DNA from: Eledone cirrhosa
Taxonomy: Eukaryota
DNA: 64,000 nt
Reading direction: 5' to 3'
Assembly (NCBI GenBank): GCA_964016885.1
Contig: OZ024743.1
Span: 202,678,001 to 202,742,000 of the forward strand
The number at the start of each line of letters is the position of its first letter. Positions within the stretch are counted from its first letter, which is position 1. Made by a program: the position numbers and the translations under genes. This document shows positions 57,633 to 64,000 of this stretch, in pieces. The notes under the pieces are model-generated. The model saw nothing but the letters and a program-made list of their open reading frames with translations. It ran no database searches and was not told the DNA's origin.

Positions 57633-57735
57633 GGTATGGACGGGCGAACTTTAGCGCGGACCATTGTAGTGTGTATTCAATAATAGCGCGTTTCAGATCC
57701 CAGGTTTTTTTCGCCAGTGCTGTAGATCTAGCTAA

Positions 57736-60014
57736 GTTTTGACCCCAGTAATAGAGTGACGCCTTTATGGATCCCGAGAAGAGGAAATGCTAAGCTGACT
57801 ACTATGAGACTGTAGGAATAATGCAATGAATTCTATTCGACATTCTAACGATTATTTGTATTGCAACCTTCAAAAAGTATTCAAAACCTCTAGAACAGGT
57901 ACAAAATAAACCTAAGTGGAAACAACTCCAACCAATCAGTACGTTTCCTCAGCAGTAAATTGCAAAAAGAATTTTTGTAAAGAAAAAAAAAAGAAACCCA
58001 GATTATAAAACAATAACATAAAAATAAATAATTCACGATCTAAAGGAAAAATAAAGCAATACATATACAGAATGTTTTTTTAAATATCAACTAAAATGCC
58101 AATTGTAACACAAAAAATATATTGAATACAAACATACAAAGTTAACAGTAAAACTATCTAAGGACAAAATATATAAAATGGAAGTGTATAGCAACAATAA
58201 AGACAATAACAACAATAACCACGGAATGGGAGCAGGATGGATTGAAAACAGAAAACAAAACATCAAAAAGGAAATTTGAAAATCTGTAGCGTAAGCCAAA
58301 TTCTTTATAAAGAATATTGGCAGAAGCTAATTAGGCATCACTCAGGAAGAAAACCATGAGGACATAACCTGACATTGTGTGTGTGTTTGTAAGGAAGTAT
58401 CAGTTGCAAAGAAACGGCGTTTAATGGCTGGTTTGCTAAACTGCATTGAATATTACGAAAATCCAAATTCGGTAGAAACGTGTAGCAAGTCTTTTATTGT
58501 GTGTTAGAAATAGCTAGTGAATTGTGAATCTTCCTCTCTTTACATCGTTCAGGAAAAACCATAGAGAGAATGAAATAAAAAAAGAAAAAATGAAAAAGGA
58601 GAGATATGTTCGATAATATAGTAGACCTACATACACAATTTTGAAAGAAGAACGACCACATTGTGATGTTTCGATTACATGGCTGTTGGATCGGGTTAGA
58701 CTAGGGCTAAATTAACTAAGAGTATAGAATGTGAAAAACTATATTCGATGCAGGCTCTAAGAAGTGTTGTTCTATGTGACATTTATCATAAGATAAATTC
58801 AAAGGAATATTTTTGTGTCATTATGTTTAAACCCCACAAAATGTATATTTTGGACTAAGAGGTTTTCAGAGCCGAAATCTCAGATACTTAGCGTCACTTA
58901 TGTCAGATCGCTTTCCCTCTCCACGGCAATTAATTTATTCAAACAGTTTGTATAAGCTGTAGACCTGGAAGTTCCCAGGGATGCAAATTTGTTTAGCCCA
59001 CGTCAACACAGATCCCAGATATATAACCAAATATCTCAGTGGTACCTATGTCGTCGTCTCTCTTTCGTCATAGCGTATGTAAGTCTAATATATTATCTAA
59101 TACAGTATATCACTCGGTTCCTTTCTCTATTCTTTACTTTTCATTCTTTTCATGGTTTTTCTTGAATGATGTGAAGGGGTAGATATATTCAGGGTTCAGT
59201 CTAAGCAGAAGACGTGCTACACACTCCTGAGGAATTTGTTTTTCTAATGGTCATTACATTTTGGTTAATCAGCCATTAAACGCCGTTTGGAACTGATGTT
59301 TTCCTCCACCTACACACAATGTCAGATTGCATCTCCCCTGTTTTTATGCCTAATTAACTCTTGACAATATTCTTTATAAATGATTTGGCGTTCGCTACAT
59401 ATTTTCAAATTTCCTTTTTGATGTTTTGTTTTCTGTTTTCAATCTACCCTGCTCCCATTATGTGGCTATTGTTGTTGTTATTGTTTTTATTGTTGCTGCT
59501 AGCGGTGATGGTGGCTATTCACTTCCATTTTTTATATTTTGTCCGTAGATAGTTTTACTGTTAACTTTGTATTTTTGTATTCTGTATATTTTTTCTATTG
59601 CTATTAACATTTTAATTGATTTTTAAAAACATTCTATATATGTATTGATTGATTTTTAACTTTGATTGTGAATTATTTCTTTTTGTTTTATTCTTTTATA
59701 CGGTGTGTTTTTGTTGTTGTTTTCTTGTTTCTTTCTCTTTTGCTGGATTCTTTTTGTAATTAACTGCAGAGGAAAAGCACTGGTTGGTTGGTGTTGTTTT
59801 TGTTTTGCTCAGGTTTATATTATCCCTGTCATAGAGGGATTTTAATACCATTTTAAGGTTGTAATTTACAGAATCGTTAGAACGTCGAATAAGTCACTGC
59901 ATCATTATTACCGCCTCTCTGCACTTTGAGTTCAAATCTGGTCGGAATTTGCTTTGAATTTCCTCTTTTCGGGATCGATAAATGGAAATGTCAGACTATT
60001 ACTGGGGTCAAATC
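57736..60014. repeat. Old ~930-bp-arm inverted duplication (~57736-58665 and 59040-60014)
   Basis: For example GATTGAAAACAGAAAACAAAACATCAAAAAGGAAATTTGAAAAT and its reverse complement at ~59401-59444; the paired ORF-track peptides FQISFLMFCFLFSI occur on opposite strands. Confidence 0.9.
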
Positions 60015-60364
60015 TTTTCCCACACAATCAAGCTCTATATCCAATAACACCCATCCCTCAGTTATATCTATAGAAATTTATAGATAAATATTTAGTGGTA
60101 AACACCGAGAGTACGATTTCGGTATAGAGCTAGCTCTAAAAGAAATTAGTAAACTATAGCGGAAAAATCGCGTTTCACCGAGCAGATTTTCAGCCCGCAG
60201 CTATACACGGGTTGAAAGTCTGCTCGAGTATGGTTTGCTAATTTTTTGTTGAGTTAACTCTCCCCCCTGGAAGCAGCGATTCGTTGCTTAAACTTTAATC
60301 TGTTATTTTAATATATATATTCGTGTACAGATTTTGTGCATACACGAAAACAAAATCCTATTTA

Positions 60365-61240
60365 TTTCACGAAAGCAGAGACGGCTTATCGTCATTGTTA
60401 CTGTTCGAGGTTAGATGACCACAGTTTTTCAAAGATCTGAGAACCATCAATGTTCCACTTAGCGTTTGACTTGGATGGTACACGATGACAGCCATTGGCA
60501 CCCCACCAGGCAAGAAGCAGCAACTGCTAAAGTCCGTTCTCAGCTGCGAAAACCTTTTGCTATTATGCTGCACAACTGCGATCTCGCCGACTCTCTCGCA
60601 ATGTGGAACAACCACCGCGATGGTCTAGCTGAGGACATCCACCAGCGCACACGCAGACATAATCCGAACGTAACATACGATGTCGTTTTCAATGAAGCGC
60701 TCATTTTTCTTGAAAACAGTGTCCTGGAGATTGGTGGTAGGCCTCTAAGAGACTAAAGCTTACCTGCCCCTAACAGGAGTGTCTAGAGGTCAATGTCTAC
60801 GGAGCTTCTCCGCGAGACGAGCTACGAGATCAGTGATTCTCCCATGGTCTATTGTATGTAGGATGCTCTAAGGTGAGCTCGCCAAACAATCTCTTCATCT
60901 TTGCTCCGGATGGCAGAACAAAATGTATTGTATACTCTGAGGCTCTAACAATGTAATTTAAATAATTTCTGTTACTTGGAATTTGCATTATGGTTGTACA
61001 AATTATTGTTTCTAAAAAATGTGTTCTCTGTTCAGCCTTTATTGTTGTAACTTTCAATTTTCTTTAACGTACTGGCTGCTGAACTGGGGAATCCTAAAAT
61101 CTATTTAAGCCCAACATCACCCCCAACCTCAGTGACTTAAGAGGGCATGCGTTATCTTTGCACTAGAGTGTAGGGGGGATTCCTGAAAAGATAAAATGCT
61201 GGTATACATATCCGACCGCCAGCCGGACGGGCCAATAGTA
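60365..61240 (+). mobile_element. Internally deleted Helitron remnant
   Basis: FKDLRTIN, DDSHW, QLRKPFAIML, LAEDI, FNEALIFLE (RepHel linker); HGLLYVGCSKV...TKCIVYSEAL (PIF1 helicase end); GC-rich 3' hairpin-like sequence before ATAG-TA. Confidence 0.8.
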
Positions 61241-61256
61241 TATATATATATATATA

Positions 61257-64000
61257 GAAGGAAATTGTAGTTTACTTGAAGCATTGCGTAGTGAGGTATA
61301 TACGTTTGGAGTTAGAAGGCCAGAACAATGCAGGTATGGATATAGAATATAAATACACATGCAAAAGATATCGCTGACAATTAGTCTTTTACCTTAAATG
61401 TATTTGAATATGCTTAAGTTTCGAGATAATATCTCTTCTTCAGGGGAAGTAAAGGGGTTAATCCAGTGTTCTAATTTGCTTGCCAAGTCATGCTGACAGG
61501 AAATAGTATAGAAATTCCATTATATTTCTAATGTCAAAGAGCGAAGGGTAGGTGAATAAAGAGTTATCTCCCTTTAAAAAGGTTTGGACATGTATGTCTA
61601 AGTGTGTGTGTGAATGTGAGAGGATATGTTTATATGTAAATTTGGAAACTAGATGCTCTATCATGTTAACACTGGTCTATGTGTGTGTGTGAGATAGAAT
61701 AAGTGAAGGTGTAAGCATGCGTGTGTGTGTGCGTGTGCGTGTGTGTGTGAGAGAGGATACGTGGAGTTGTAAGTGTGGGGCAAGGTGCTCTATCGTGTTA
61801 AAAATTGGGTGTTGAGTTCTAGTCTGTTATTGATTGGTGGTTGCGTTTTGTCTATAATTAGAGCTTCTGTAATTCTAAGATTGCCGAGGTTTCTTTTCTT
61901 AGCTTTTATCCTAACTATTATGTTTTTGTCGGTGTTTTTGCATTTCACTAGGAGTTTCTTAAATGAGGAAGCATTAGTGCTAAGGTGTTCTTTTATTCTA
62001 ATGTGAAGTGGTCTGGTGGTGCTACCTATGTAGAAATTGTTGCATTTGTCGCACTCTAAACTGTATACGACATAAGCCTGGTGTCATAGGTCTGTGTCGT
62101 CGATGGGGCAGTTGGCCAGCGTGCAGGGGCTGTCATGTCTGGTGGAGTGTCTCTTGCTTAGCTGTCCGCGTAGAGAAGATCCTGAGTGGGCTAGCTGGAT
62201 ATCTAGTCCCTCTCGTCTGATAGCTCTGCGGATGGCTGTTGTTGATTCATCACTGAAGTGTGGGAGCTTCAGCAAGCAGGTGTTAGTGCCTCAGGTGTGG
62301 TGTTATCTGTTGTTTCTGGCACGGTTCGCGGTGGACGTCGGGTATCCGTTCAGTTTAAGTACTTCCAGGAAATCTGTGGTGTGTGTGTCTCGGTCTAAGC
62401 GTCGTTGCATTTGTTCCGGATACGTGTTAGTTCGTTCCTTATGTATCCTAACTTAGCGCTGACTGGGAGGGCTGATCTGAAATGTACCAACAGGTCCCTG
62501 CTGGCGGCTTTTTTATAGAAGCAGCTGTGAATGTCGCCTTCCTTTGTTACCCTGAGTTGGAAGTCCAATACGCGGCCATCGGGGTGTTCCATGCTCAACT
62601 TTATACCGGCGTCCATGCTGGAGAATGTCATGTATATTTTATCTACTTCTTCACGGGATGATGTAAGGATGAGTATGTCATCTACATATCGGGTGAAGAA
62701 GGTATAAGAATGGCAGGTGTTGAGGGCTCGGCATTCTAGCTGGTGCATATAAGTGATGGCCAGCACTTATATGAACCAGCTAGAATGCCGAGCCCTCAGC
62801 ACCTGTGATTCCTATATTTTCTTCACCCGATATGTAGATGACATACTCATCCTTACACCATCCCGTGAAGAAGCGGATAAAATATACATGACATTCTCTA
62901 ACATGGACGCCAATATAAATGGTAGCATGGAACACCCCGATGACCGCGTATTCCTATTGGACTTCCAGCTCAGGGTAACAGAGGAAGGTGACATCCGAAC
63001 CTGCTTCTATAAAAAAGCCGCAGGCAGGGACCTGTTGGTACATTTCAGATCAACCCTCTCAGTCAGCGCTAAGTTAGGATACATAAGGAACGAACTAACA
63101 CGTATCCGGAAAAATGCAACGACGCTTAGACCGAGACACACACAGCACAGATTTCCTGGAAGTACTTAAACTGAACAGATACCCGACGTCGAACGCGAAC
63201 CGTGATAGAAACAACAGAGGACACCACGCCCAAGGCATTAACACTTGCTTGCTGAAGCTCCCACACTTCAGTGACGAATCAACAACAGCCATCCGCAGAG
63301 CTATCAGAAGAGAGGGACTAGATATCCTGCTAGCCCACTCAGGACCTTCTCTACGCGGACAGCTAACCAAGAGACACTCCACCAGACATGACAGCCGCTG
63401 CACGCTGGCCAACTACCCCATCGACGACACAGACCTATGACACCAGGCTTACGTCGTATACAGATTAGAGTGCGACAAATGCCGCAATTTCTACATAGGT
63501 ACCACCAGACCACTTCACATTAGAATAAAAGAACACCTCAACACTAACGCTTCCTCATTTAAGAAATACCAAGTGAAATGCAAAAACACCGACAAAAACC
63601 TAATAGTTAGGACAGAAGCTAAGGAAATAAACCTCGGCAATCTTAGAATTACAGAAGCACTAATTATAGACAAAATGCAACCACCAATCAATAACATACT
63701 AGTACTTAACACCCAATTTTTAACATGATAGAGCACCTAGCCCCACACTTACACTTCCACGTATCCTCTCTCTCACACACACACACACACGCATGCTTTC
63801 CCCTTCACTTATTCTCTCTCACATACCCACATACACACACATAGATCAGGTTTAATATGATAGCGCATCTAGCCCCCACATTTACATATAAACATATCCT
63901 CTCACACTCACTCACACACACGCACACACACATGCCCGCGCGCATGCTTACACCTTCACGTATTCTCCCACACACACTTAGACATACATGTCCAAACCCT
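61257..64000. mobile_element. Large head-to-head fold-back PLE (family H); left arm on -, right arm on +, runs off the window
   Basis: Both arms encode FTRYVDDIL, LDFQL, FYKK, LKLPH and VY.LECDKC..FYIG.T.RPLHIRIKEH (GIY-YIG); axis at TGGCCA 62757-62762. Confidence 0.92.
61413..61448 (-). ncRNA. Partial hammerhead (family H)
   Basis: TTCCC-CTGAAGA-A-GAGATA t TATCTC-GAAA-CTTAAG; cleavage triplet and 3' stem I missing. Confidence 0.55.

Noticed and set aside
60171-60312. 19-bp hairpin with a minus-strand GTGAAACGCG, followed by a family C 3' half
   Set aside because: 5' core absent in both; fragments only

Overview
AT-rich eukaryotic intronic or intergenic DNA with no host exon, rRNA, tRNA or CRISPR array that I can support. 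The dense (TA)n, (CA)n, (GA)n, (GATA)n and (TTA)n tracts and the tRNA-derived SINE family suggest an octopod cephalopod, which is an inference from repeat style. Most ORF-track entries are microsatellite artefacts. The real content is transposable elements: two Dong/R4 LINEs, CRE-like, RTE-like, Ingi/Vingi-like and Tx1-like LINE pieces, a Buster-type hAT with TIRs and an 8-bp TSD, Helitron remnants, about 10 SINEs and many Penelope-like elements (PLEs), including a near full-length Naiad-type copy. The main signal the ORF track misses is RNA-level. About 17 type I hammerhead ribozyme (HHR) motifs from about 8 PLE families can be read by eye. They include a recurrent non-canonical CAGAAGA core and a family with a ~60-nt stem II. 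Most PLE insertions share one geometry: two element 3' ends fused head-to-head between (TA)n tracts. One arm carries the full tail and the other stops about 20-55 nt after the ribozyme cleavage site, producing near-perfect palindromes with a ribozyme on each strand. A second class of palindromes is centred on (TA)n and sits at TE junctions. All coordinates and structures were read by eye.
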